Assembly (NCBI GenBank): GCA_965232815.1
Contig: OZ247427.1
Location: 98,447-162,446 of the forward strand
Origin: Dehalococcoidia bacterium
GTDB taxonomy: Bacteria > Chloroflexota > Dehalococcoidia > Lucifugimonadales > UBA3495
Length of the DNA stretch: 64,000 nt
Direction of reading: 5' to 3'
Shown: piece by piece, positions 1 through 9,500 of the stretch
How the letters are laid out: each line of letters starts with the position of its first letter
Position numbering within the stretch: position 1 is the stretch's first letter
The notes under the pieces: generated by a model
Seen by the model: only the letters and a program-made list of their open reading frames with translations
What the model was told of the DNA's origin: nothing
Database searches by the model: none
Made by a program: the position numbers and the translations under genes

Positions 1-1
1 C

Positions 2-505
2 TGGTGGGAATTCAGCCACGTCACCAACGAGTTACTGCTCAAACACGGCATCAAGTACGACCACAGCCTGATGCACAAGGACTTCGAGTGCTACTACGTC
101 CGCGTCGGCGACCGCTGGACCAAGATCGACTACGCCATGCCTGCCGACTTTTGGATGCACGCCCTCGAACGCGGGCAGGAAACTGACCTGGTTGAGATCC
201 CTGCGAACTGGTACTTGGACGACCTCCCGCCCATGATGTTCATCAAGAAATCCCCCAACAGCCACGGATTCGTCAATCCCCGTGAGATCGAATCAATGTG
301 GCGCGACCAGTTCGATTGGGTCTACCGGGAATACGACGAGGCCGTCTTCCCCATCACTATCCACCCCGACGTCAGCGGGCGACCACAGGTGTTGCTGATG
401 CTGGAACGCCTCACGGAATACATCCGCTCCCACGACGGCGTCCAGTTCGTCACGATGGAGGAAATCGCTGACGACTTCCTCGCCAAACACCCTCGCCAAC
501 GCTGA
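2..505 (+). CDS. polysaccharide deacetylase-family protein, C-terminal part (5' end off-window)
   Basis: Frame +2 is open from the window edge ([29 protein letters not shown]..) to TGA 503-505. [13 protein letters not shown] and [12 protein letters not shown] resemble PuuE/polysaccharide-deacetylase-fold enzymes. By-eye call. Confidence 0.55.
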   Translation, partial: WWEFSHVTNELLLKHGIKYDHSLMHKDFECYYVRVGDRWTKIDYAMPADFWMHALERGQETDLVEIPANWYLDDLPPMMFIKKSPNSHGFVNPREIESMWRDQFDWVYREYDEAVFPITIHPDVSGRPQVLLMLERLTEYIRSHDGVQFVTMEEIADDFLAKHPRQR

Positions 506-551
506 TAGTAGCCCAAGCACCGATCAATCTTGAGCCACCCAGGAGACCCGC

Positions 552-1547
552 ATGCGTACCATCGATTTCCACGCCCACCTCACGCCTCAGTGTTTCTGGC
601 ATGCCACCCAAGGATCGGGCGACTGGCACTCCTTGCGGCGGGAAAACGATGCCCGCGGGCGTGAAATATTGGTCGTCGGGGACCGTCGCGGTCAGTTGCC
701 TCCCAAGTCCAGTTGGACTCCCGAACAGCGCCTGTCCGATATGGATTCTCTCGGCGTCGATATCCACGTGGTATCTCCCTATTCCGGTTTCTACAACTAC
801 GAACTGGATACCGACTTGGCGGTTGCTACCTCCCGCGAGTCCAACGACGAGATCAGCCAGATGATGAAATCCTGGCCCGACCGCTTCGCCGGCTTGGCCA
901 CCTTGCCCATGCAGGATGTCCCTGCCGCCATCGCGGAACTTGAAAGGGTGATGGTGGACCTCAGTTTCAAGGGGGCCGTCATCGACGACAAGATCAACGA
1001 CAAACTCCTGGACGAACCCGAATTCTTGCCGTTCTGGAAAGCCGCCGAGCAACTGGGCGCTTTCATACTGTTCCATCAGGGTGGTGACACCATCGTGGAT
1101 CGGCGCATCCAGCGCTACCACCTGCCTAATTCCGTAGGCAACCTCGCTGACCGTACCATCACCTTCGCCTCCCTCGTCATGGGTGGCGTCATGGACGCCT
1201 GTCCCGACCTCCGCATCTGCCTGTCCCACGGCGGGGGGTTCGCGTGCTACGGTGCCGGCCGCATGGATCGGGGGTGGGAGCGCATCCCGGAGGCCGACCG
1301 CCTCGCAGCGCTGCCCCCCAGCCAGTATCTGAACCGGTTCTACTACGACAGCATCGTGTACACCGAGCAGTCCCTGCGTTTCTTGATCGACTCTGTTGGC
1401 GTCGAACGCGTCGTGTTCGGTACCGATTGGCCCTACGACATGGCGCAGGATTGGCCCGTTTCCTGGATCCTGAGCATGGACAGCCTTACCCAGGATGAGA
1501 AAGACGCGATCCTGTGGCAAAACCTGGAAAACCTGCTGGGCATCTGA
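552..1547 (+). CDS. amidohydrolase-2 family protein (ACMSD-type metal-dependent decarboxylase/hydratase)
   Basis: 331-aa ORF with AGGAG (541-545) 6 nt before the ATG. Metal motifs IDFHAHL, SHGGG and GTDWPYD are typical of Amidohydrolase_2. Confidence 0.8.
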   Translation: MRTIDFHAHLTPQCFWHATQGSGDWHSLRRENDARGREILVVGDRRGQLPPKSSWTPEQRLSDMDSLGVDIHVVSPYSGFYNYELDTDLAVATSRESNDEISQMMKSWPDRFAGLATLPMQDVPAAIAELERVMVDLSFKGAVIDDKINDKLLDEPEFLPFWKAAEQLGAFILFHQGGDTIVDRRIQRYHLPNSVGNLADRTITFASLVMGGVMDACPDLRICLSHGGGFACYGAGRMDRGWERIPEADRLAALPPSQYLNRFYYDSIVYTEQSLRFLIDSVGVERVVFGTDWPYDMAQDWPVSWILSMDSLTQDEKDAILWQNLENLLGI

Positions 1548-1587
1548 CTGCCTTTGGCTGCATCACCCACGTTCAGGAGGACGATTC

Positions 1588-2592
1588 GTGAGACACATAG
1601 ACGTTCATGCCCACCTTGCGCCACAGGTTCTTTGGCAGGCATTCGAGCAGGGGCAGGACTGGCACGGAATGAGCCATGAGACCCGCGGAGACGCGGAGTT
1701 CATCGTCGGCCACGGCAAGCGGATTCTCATCAACTCCCCGAAAATCCGATACACCCCCGAGCAGCGACTCGCCGACATGGATGCCGAGGGCACCGACGTT
1801 CAGGTGGTTTCCATCCACACACCCTTGTTCCCCTACCATTGGGAAGCTGCCCGGGCGGTGAACGCCTCCCGCGAGGTGAACGACGAAATCGCCAGCATGG
1901 CGAGGCAATGGCCCGACCGGTTCGCCGGCATGGCGACCCTTCCGGTGCAGGACGTTGACGCCGCCATCGCGGAACTCGAACGCGCCGTCAAGGTCCTCGG
2001 ACTCAAGGGCGCCGAACTGGACACCGTAGCCAACGACGGCCTCAACTGGGATGAGCCCCGGTTCCTGCCTCTGTTCAAAGCCGCCGAGGAGTTGGACGCC
2101 CTGCTGTTCTTCCACCCGCAGCCCCAGGACAACATCGTTGCCGTTGAGCGCACCCTGCGCTACGGTATACCCAACAGCGTGGGCGTGGTCCTGGAAGACG
2201 CCCTCGTCGTCGCCACCCTCATCTGCGGCGGCATCCTCGACCAGTGTCCCAACCTCAGGGTCTGCATCGCCCATGGCGGCGGCGGCGCTTGTTTCGCCAT
2301 GGGTCGCGTCGATCACGGCTGGCAGGTACGCTCCGAAGCCCGCGTCAATATCCTCAGGCCACCCAGCGCCTACCAGAAGCAGATCTATTACGATTTCCTC
2401 ACCAGTAGCGAAGCCGGATTGCGCTTCCTCATCGACACCGTCGGAGCCGACCATGTTGTCATCGGGAGCGATTGGCCCTTCGTCGGTTGGGATCCATCCC
2501 CCGGCGGATGGCTGGAAGGCTTGCAATCCCTGTCCCAGGACGAGAAAGAAAAAATCGCTTGGCGCAACTTGGAATCGCTGCTCGGAATCTGA
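1588..2592 (+). CDS. amidohydrolase-2 family protein, tandem paralog
   Basis: GTG start 7 nt after CAGGAGG (1574-1580). The ORF-track ATG at 1495 would overlap the upstream gene. Motifs IDVHAHL, AHGGG and GSDWPF are colinear with the neighbour. Confidence 0.8.
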   Translation: MRHIDVHAHLAPQVLWQAFEQGQDWHGMSHETRGDAEFIVGHGKRILINSPKIRYTPEQRLADMDAEGTDVQVVSIHTPLFPYHWEAARAVNASREVNDEIASMARQWPDRFAGMATLPVQDVDAAIAELERAVKVLGLKGAELDTVANDGLNWDEPRFLPLFKAAEELDALLFFHPQPQDNIVAVERTLRYGIPNSVGVVLEDALVVATLICGGILDQCPNLRVCIAHGGGGACFAMGRVDHGWQVRSEARVNILRPPSAYQKQIYYDFLTSSEAGLRFLIDTVGADHVVIGSDWPFVGWDPSPGGWLEGLQSLSQDEKEKIAWRNLESLLGI

Positions 2593-2664
2593 GCGCACCC
2601 GTTATGTGAATCGCCTGACATATCTCCGAATACTCTTCGCCAACGTTACCCCGGACGAACCTGT

Positions 2665-4449
2665 ATGACCCAACCTGACGCCAGCAACACTATCCCGTGG
2701 CGCGACTGGAGCGAGCAAGCCTTTCAGGACGCTCGGTCCCAGGACAAACCCGTGCTCCTCACCATGGGCGCAACTTGGTGCCACTGGTGCCACGTCATGG
2801 ATCAGACCTCCTATGCAGATGACCGCGTCATCCGGTTGGTCAACTCCGCGTTCATCCCGGTGCGTGTCGATGTTGACCAGCGCCCCGACATTTCGCTGCG
2901 CTTTAACCAGGGAACCTACCCGTCGGTTGCCTTTCTGACCGGCGAGGGCGAGTTCCTGGCCGGCCGTCCCTACACTCCTCCGGACGAGATGGCCGCGCTC
3001 CTCGAGCGAGTCTCCAGCGGCGAATTCGTCCCCGAAACCCAGGCCGGGGATGGAACCGCCTCACCAGCCACGACCCCCGGAGTTGGTTCCTCTTCGGACG
3101 CCGTCCTCAGCCGATTGACCGACCTTTACGACGATTCCTTTGGCGGTTTCGGCCTCGAACCCAAGCAACCGCCGTGGGAGGCTCTCTCGTTCCTCAGCGC
3201 TCGCTACGGCCTGACGGGAAATCGGCAGAATCTGTCAATGGTCGAATCCACGTTGCGCGGAATGCTGCACGGCATCTACGACCCGAAAGACCAGGGATTC
3301 TTCCGCTACGCGGTGAGCCGCGATTGGAAAGTCCCACACTACGAAAAAATGCTGGTCAGCAACTCCAATGTCCTGCTCGCGTACCTCGCAGCCTACCAGA
3401 TCACCCGCCGTTCGTTGTATCGCTCAGCGGCCGAGGGAATCCTGGCTTACCTCGAAACAACACTGTTCGACCCGGCCGAGGGTTTGTTTTTCGCCAGCCA
3501 GGACGCTGATGAACCGTTTTACCAATCGTCCTGGAAAGATCGCGACGCCGCGCCGGAACCACCCATCGACCGCACGCTGTATTCAGGCTGGAACGCCTTG
3601 ACCGCCCATTCACTGATCGAATCCGCCAACGTGCTCCGCCGACCGGCGGTAGGCGTGATGGGCGCCGATATCCTGGCGAAGCTCTGGCAAGAAAGCTGGA
3701 CCGATTCCGGAGGTCTGACCCGCCGAGTTCGCTCGTCCAGCGACGCCACCCCCGTCCTGATCGACCAGGTTTACTTCCTGAGGGCGTGGCTCGCGCTATA
3801 TCAGTCCACCGGGCAGCCCGAGCCTTTGGCCAGGACGATACAGGTCGCCGACACCATTCAACGGCTGTTCGGGGCCCCAGGTGGCGGATGCTATGACACC
3901 ACCGCCCCTCAGTCGTTTGAATCAAGCATATTGCGCCGTGAGCAACCCGTGCTGGACAACAGCCTTTGGGCCGAGGCGCTGCTGACCTTGGCCCACCTCA
4001 CTGGCGACGAGGGATACCATGCGCGGGCGGAAGCAACCCTGGACATATTCGAACCTGTAGTGCCCGGCAAGAGCTACTTGGGCAACCACGCATCCCGCCG
4101 TATGGAAGAGGACGAGGAGGCCTTGTTCCTCCCCGCGGGAACTGCATGGGGACGCGCCCGGGATTTCCTGACCCATGGCCCGGTCAGCCTGGTCCTCGTC
4201 GGCGATTCGTCCAGTCCTGCCTACCGACGGCTCCACCAGTCGGTGCTCAGAGTGCACGCTCCCCATCGCATCGTCCAGCCCTTGGACACCGCACGGGACG
4301 CCGACCAGATCCGCAGGTTGGGTTTCCCGCCCAACGCTAATCCCGCGCTGTACGCCTGCGTCGGATTTGCGTGTCTCCCTCCCATCACGACCCCTGATGG
4401 TGTCCGGGAAATGGCCCGCTCACGCGCTTGGACCAGTCTTTCTCGCTGA
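2665..4449 (+). CDS. thioredoxin-domain protein, YyaL/DUF255 (COG1331)-like
   Basis: 594 aa. N-terminal thioredoxin-like motif KPVLLTMGATWCHWCHVMD, followed by a long helical (six-hairpin-glycosidase-like) region as in the YyaL family. Confidence 0.7.
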   Translation: MTQPDASNTIPWRDWSEQAFQDARSQDKPVLLTMGATWCHWCHVMDQTSYADDRVIRLVNSAFIPVRVDVDQRPDISLRFNQGTYPSVAFLTGEGEFLAGRPYTPPDEMAALLERVSSGEFVPETQAGDGTASPATTPGVGSSSDAVLSRLTDLYDDSFGGFGLEPKQPPWEALSFLSARYGLTGNRQNLSMVESTLRGMLHGIYDPKDQGFFRYAVSRDWKVPHYEKMLVSNSNVLLAYLAAYQITRRSLYRSAAEGILAYLETTLFDPAEGLFFASQDADEPFYQSSWKDRDAAPEPPIDRTLYSGWNALTAHSLIESANVLRRPAVGVMGADILAKLWQESWTDSGGLTRRVRSSSDATPVLIDQVYFLRAWLALYQSTGQPEPLARTIQVADTIQRLFGAPGGGCYDTTAPQSFESSILRREQPVLDNSLWAEALLTLAHLTGDEGYHARAEATLDIFEPVVPGKSYLGNHASRRMEEDEEALFLPAGTAWGRARDFLTHGPVSLVLVGDSSSPAYRRLHQSVLRVHAPHRIVQPLDTARDADQIRRLGFPPNANPALYACVGFACLPPITTPDGVREMARSRAWTSLSR

Positions 4450-4843
4450 ACAGAACGGGCCTGGAGCCTGCCCGCAGATGGCGGCATTCCCGATTTCGCG
4501 AGCAAATCCGGACCGCGTCTATTGATACGCATCAGCTTTGGTCGCCATCCCTTGTGCGCACTGCTGCGTTCACAGGAGCGACTGAGCGGATCCAGATCAA
4601 TCCACCCGCTCGGGGTGCAATAGCCGCTCTACCTTGTCACAGATACCCACTTCGGACGACGCTCGGCCGTAACCTGAGACGAAACGCCGCCCGCAACCAG
4701 GCGAGACCGCCGGCATTCCCCAAAGGGTCTGCAACAACGATCGCCCATGGAGCGCGCAAGCGCCATCGAGACGCTCGCGACGCATTCAGATCAGGTCCAT
4801 GGATAATCGCCGGCAGGCCGATGGCCTAGCCGGAGCGATCAGC

Positions 4844-5077
4844 TTAGTCCTCGGTAATGTCTTCGCCCCCGTCCACGCGGAAGCCGATGCCCACCTTGAC
4901 CTGGTACCAGTTCGCCTGGCCATCATCGATGGTTCCTCGGATTTCCCGGACTTCGAACCAGTCCAGGTTTCGGATGGTTTGCGCAGCCCGCGAGATGGCT
5001 CCGTCTATCGCCTGCTGCACAGACTCACTGGAGGATCCCACCAGTTCGACTACCTTATAAGTGCTTCCAACTGCCAT
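4844..5077 (-). CDS. dodecin-family flavin-binding protein
   Basis: 77 aa. YKVVELVGSSSESVQQAIDGAISRAAQTIRNLDWFEV...WYQVKVGIGF matches the dodecin pattern. GGAGTG RBS upstream. Confidence 0.7.
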   Translation of the reverse strand: MAVGSTYKVVELVGSSSESVQQAIDGAISRAAQTIRNLDWFEVREIRGTIDDGQANWYQVKVGIGFRVDGGEDITED

Positions 5078-5280
5078 ATTTCTTTCACTCCGTTCATTTT
5101 GAGGATGGAATTTCCGTTATTTTCGGTTACGGCAACGATGTATGATAAGGGCAGCGCCTGAGTACGGCAACAAGCACAGCAACCCATTTTCGCCCAGTAA
5201 CAGGCCGGAATTCTCACCTCCCAGCCATTTCGGAAACCCCAAAAGTGCCCTGATCCGGCCTCTCTGAATGGAAACTGCGC

Positions 5281-6426
5281 ATGAAGCAAAGCGACACCCG
5301 CATCCTTACCACCCACACCGGCAGCCTGCCCAGGCCCGCTGATTTGGTCTCCATGCTCGGCGCGATGTCCCGGGGCGAAGCCGTCGATCAACCGGCCCTG
5401 GACGCGGCAGCACAACAAGCAATCTCCGACGTCGTGTCCGCACAGCTTGCCGCCGGCGTCGATGTCATCAACAACGGAGAGCAATCCCGCGTCAGCTTCT
5501 CGACCTACGTAACCCAGCGCATGTCCGGTTTCGGCGGCGCGTGGACACGGCGTGGCCACCGCGACCAGAATGAATTCCCGTCAGTCCGACGGTCTCGCGT
5601 CGTCCAACTGATGAGCGACGTCCCCACCTGCGTTGGCCCGCTGTCATATGACCGCCTGGACCTCGTGGAACAGGAATGTCAGCAATTGCTCGCCACCGTC
5701 GACTCCTCGGCCGCCAAACCCCAGGAATTGTTCATGACCGCCGCGTCACCGGGCATTGTCGCTCTGACCATGGCCAATCGCTACTACGGCAACCATGAGG
5801 AGTACGTTTTCGCTCTCGCCGGCGAACTACGTAAAGAGTACGAAATCATCGTGCGCAACGGGCTCACCTTGCAGTTGGATTGTCCCGACCTCGCCATGGA
5901 ACGCCACGTCTCCTACCAGGATGAGCCGCTGTCCGCTTTCCGTGATGTCGTTGCCTTGCATGTTAGGGCTATCAACTACGCTCTCTCCGATATCCCCCGC
6001 GACCGCGTCCGGTTGCATGTGTGTTGGGGCAACAGCGAGGGACCCCACCACTACGACGTGCCGCTGGAAGACATCCTCGATTTGCTCTACGACGCAAAGG
6101 TCGGCGCGCTGGTCATGGAAATGGCAAACCCACGCCACGCTCACGAACATCGCGTCTATCGCGACGTTCCCCTGCCAGAGGGAATGCTGTTGGTCGCCGG
6201 CGTCATCGACACCAAGACAAACTATGTTGAACACCCCAGGTTGGTCGCCGACCGCTTGCATCAGGCCGTTGCCGCAGCCGGCGACGACCCCACTCGCGTG
6301 CTTGCCGGAACCGATTGTGGATTCGACACCTCTGCGGGCTCCAACCGGGTGGAACCCGGCATCGTCTGGATGAAACTCCAGGCCATGCGTGAGGGCGCGG
6401 ACATCGCCAGCCGCGAATTATTCTGA
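5281..6426 (+). CDS. cobalamin-independent methionine synthase II family protein (MetE C-terminal-domain-like methyltransferase)
   Basis: 381 aa. ILTTHTGSLPRP N-terminus and Zn-ligand-like motifs RLHVCWGN and AGTDCGF. Confidence 0.7.
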   Translation: MKQSDTRILTTHTGSLPRPADLVSMLGAMSRGEAVDQPALDAAAQQAISDVVSAQLAAGVDVINNGEQSRVSFSTYVTQRMSGFGGAWTRRGHRDQNEFPSVRRSRVVQLMSDVPTCVGPLSYDRLDLVEQECQQLLATVDSSAAKPQELFMTAASPGIVALTMANRYYGNHEEYVFALAGELRKEYEIIVRNGLTLQLDCPDLAMERHVSYQDEPLSAFRDVVALHVRAINYALSDIPRDRVRLHVCWGNSEGPHHYDVPLEDILDLLYDAKVGALVMEMANPRHAHEHRVYRDVPLPEGMLLVAGVIDTKTNYVEHPRLVADRLHQAVAAAGDDPTRVLAGTDCGFDTSAGSNRVEPGIVWMKLQAMREGADIASRELF

Positions 6427-6527
6427 GCGGTCCTGTCCCAATCGCCCTTTCGCCATCCGAACCGAAGACACACCGCGTCCGCCGGATTCCATCGGTACCC
6501 CCGGAGCCCCGGAGCCCCGAAGCGTCG

Positions 6528-9500
6528 TCAGCCCGATTGGTTGTACGTCGGCGGGTTGTAGACGATTGGCCCATTGTACTTCCAGGGTCCGTTCCGCGGG
6601 TTGGTGTCCCCCGAGTTTTTCCAAACGTAAGCCGCCCGGACCCTGAAGTTGTAGCTCTCGCCCTCCACCGGCGCGGCGTTGCGGCAGTATCGGGTCAGAT
6701 CCAGCGTCAGCACGTCGCTGTTCAACGTGTCGTTGCCCCTGCCAACGTCCCGGTATCTGCTCTGCGAACACCAACCCCCTGGCTCGCCGTCGGCCAGCTT
6801 GTACTCCACGTCGTAACGGTATTGCGGCACCGTGCTGCCGTCGCTATCAAGTATCGGTCGCTTATTGTTGAAGTTGCGCACCGGCCGGAAGTCTGGATTG
6901 TCGGGATAGTACGGATCGGGCCTGTCCCACGTCACCGTGAACCCGCCCCCGTCCCTGACCTCGGTATCCACGTCAGCGGGTGCGTGTGGAGCGCCGGACA
7001 TCACGAAATATTCTTGCGATGGTTCGCTTTCTCCGAGCACGTTCCTCGCGATGATTCTCACGTAGTATCGCCCGTGCCCCGCCATTCTGTTGATCAAATG
7101 CAACCCGGCCACCGGGTTGGATGACACCGCGTTGTTTCCGGATTCATAGTTGGCCCGGGTTCGCCATTGGATCAAATAGTCGTCCGGCGCCGTCCCGCTG
7201 ATCGGCGTGTCCCAGGACACCAGCAAAGATGCCTTGCCACCCACCGCTTCGACTCCCGTTGGTGTGTCAGGTGGCCCGCCGCTTGGGTCGTACAACACCC
7301 GGTCGGTGTAGGCCCATGGGCCGTTCCGTACGTTCGTGTCGCCGGATTGCTTCCACACGTAGGCTGCCCGTATGCGGAACTTGTAACTCTCTCCCACTAC
7401 CGGCTCGGAGTCGGCACAGAATCTGAGGTATTCCAGGCGGTGTGGTACCGGATCCAGGTTGTCATTGCGTCCCGCCACGTCCCGGTATCTGCTCTGCGAA
7501 CACCATGGCCCCGGCGGGTCCCCGGCCAACCTGTACTCCACGTCGTAACGGTATTGCGGCACCGTGCTGCCGTCGCTATCAAGTATCGGTCGCTTATTGT
7601 TGAAGTTGCGCACCGGCCGGAAGTCTGGATTGTCGGGATAGTAGGGTTCCGGCCGGTCCCAGGTGATCTCGAATCCGCCCCCCGGCCTAACTTCCACGTT
7701 GAAATCCGAGGGTTCATGGGGCGCGCCCGACATCACAAAAAATTCCTCGGACGGTTCGCTGCGCCCCAGGTAGTTGCGGGCCAGCACGCGCACGTAATAA
7801 CGGCCGTGCCCCGCCATGTCTTTCAACGCGTGAGAGCGTCTGAATGGCGCCCAGATTGTCTTCTCGTTGCCGGGCTCATAGTCCGCCCGCGTGCGCCACT
7901 GGATTACGTAAGCATCCGGCGGCGACTGGCTCAGGTCAGGTTCCCACGACACCAGTAGCGAGTTCCTGCCGCCCACCGCTTCCACTTCGAGGGGCATCTC
8001 GGGCGGTCCGATCGGCGACGCGGTAACTTCGGCGGGGACGCCAGCCAGCCCTCCCGAGGACTGCGCGGTCACTCTGAACGTATGATTCGTGGAATTGAGC
8101 AATTCCGATATCGTCGCATTCGTGGGCAATCCCACGGGCACTTCCAATCGGCGCGTTGAATCGTATTCCTGCGAGCCGGATTTCCACTCCACCACGTACC
8201 CGCTCAGGTCCACCTCGCTGTTCTCGGGGACACCCCAGATGAGCACCATGGTATGGTCGCTCGGGAAAGAACCCAGGAACGCGGGTCGGCCGGGTTGGCC
8301 GGGCACGCTGGAAGCCTCAGCGGCCCTGCTGTGTCCGTGTTCGTCAACTGTAGAATCTGTCGACTCGCTGTTCACTGCGACGACGCGGACGTGGTGCTCG
8401 ACTCCGTCGGTCAACCCCGAAATCGTGTGCGATAACTCCGACGAATTCGAAATCAGGGTCTGGCGGGACGAGTGGTAGTCCTGGTCAGCCGAGCGCCATT
8501 GGACAGCGTAGTGGGTGACCTCAGGCGACGCTTCGTACAGATGAGGCTCCCAGGTGACCTTCAATCCCCCGTCCTGCTGGATCACGTTTACGTCCTGCGG
8601 CTTGCGGGACTCACACCCTCCGTCGCGCCAGGGATTGCCGCCCACTGCGTCAGCGTGTGTCAGCGCCCAGTTGGCTTCACCGGTCGAGCAATAACCGCCG
8701 AACTTATCTCGCAAAAGGTACACGATGGTCCGCTTCCCGCTGGCCGTTCGGATGTCTCCCCACAATGAATCAAGATCGATTTCGCCGGAACCGTCGTCAT
8801 AGTGATTCTCGAACCAGTCGGGGATTTCGCCTCTGACTACTTTTTTGACGACATTCCTGCTCTGGCTGTCCGGCTTGCCCCGACTGCCTATTTCCGGGCA
8901 GCTTGCGATGTATCCAAGCCTCAGGTTGGAGTTGTCCCGCGTGACATACGCCAAAACATCAGCGTATATCTCCCCCACCGGGCAATCACCATTGACCCGG
9001 TGATTGAAGTAGAGCCATCCCACTCCAACTGCGTCTTGGACGTTCGGAACTCGGGTATCCAGCGTGAAGTGGTGGGCGAGTTCATGCAGTACCACCGTAT
9101 CCGAACGTAACCCGGACTCCGTGAACCCGTAACGTATCCCCCTCGCCAAGCCGCGAAATCCGGCGTGGCCGCCCATGTAAAAAACGTACCACCCGGGCGC
9201 GTTGCTGGATCGCACTCGCACGTTTAGTGGCTGGTTGCTCCACGCCTGGCGTACCCACGGGTAATCGTCCTCGTACTCCTTGACGACGTTGTTCGTGATG
9301 TGATTCTTGGCCTCCTGCGAGGTGGTCGCGGCAGCCCACGAGAATTTCGGCGTCCTACCATCCGCGTGTGACGCTGCAATGCGTCGATCGGCTCCACTCA
9401 ATCCCGCGTCGAAGATTTTCCCCACGTCATTCGCATCGGATCCCAGAGCAGGTCCTTGAGGGGAAGCGTCGCCGCCAACCGTTGAAATACCGGATTGAGA

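Noticed and set aside
450-1520. 356-aa minus-strand ORF antisense to the first amidohydrolase. Many similar long ORFs exist: 1573-2598(-), 34298-35713(+), 37225-38874(+), 40433-41911(+), 45167-46636(+), 44764-45654(+), 51544-52569(+), 54778-55680(+), 56008-56811(+), 63065-63979(-).
   Set aside because: These are shadow frames typical of GC-rich DNA. They are Arg/Pro/Gly/His/Ala-rich with no motifs, and each fully overlaps a gene with clear family signatures and an RBS on the other frame or strand.
4522-4534. TTGATACGCATCA, a fourth TTGATAC-type near-palindrome that could be another Zur box.
   Set aside because: It is a 6-0-6 arrangement with one mismatch in a convergent spacer with no downstream gene. 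A 7-mer match is expected by chance several times in 128 kb of two-strand sequence.
5078-5280. Possible cobalamin or SAM riboswitch in the 200-nt leader of the MetE-like gene.
   Set aside because: I could not find a B12-box-like GCCACTG core or SAM-I/II conserved helices by eye. This needs an Infernal scan to be certain.
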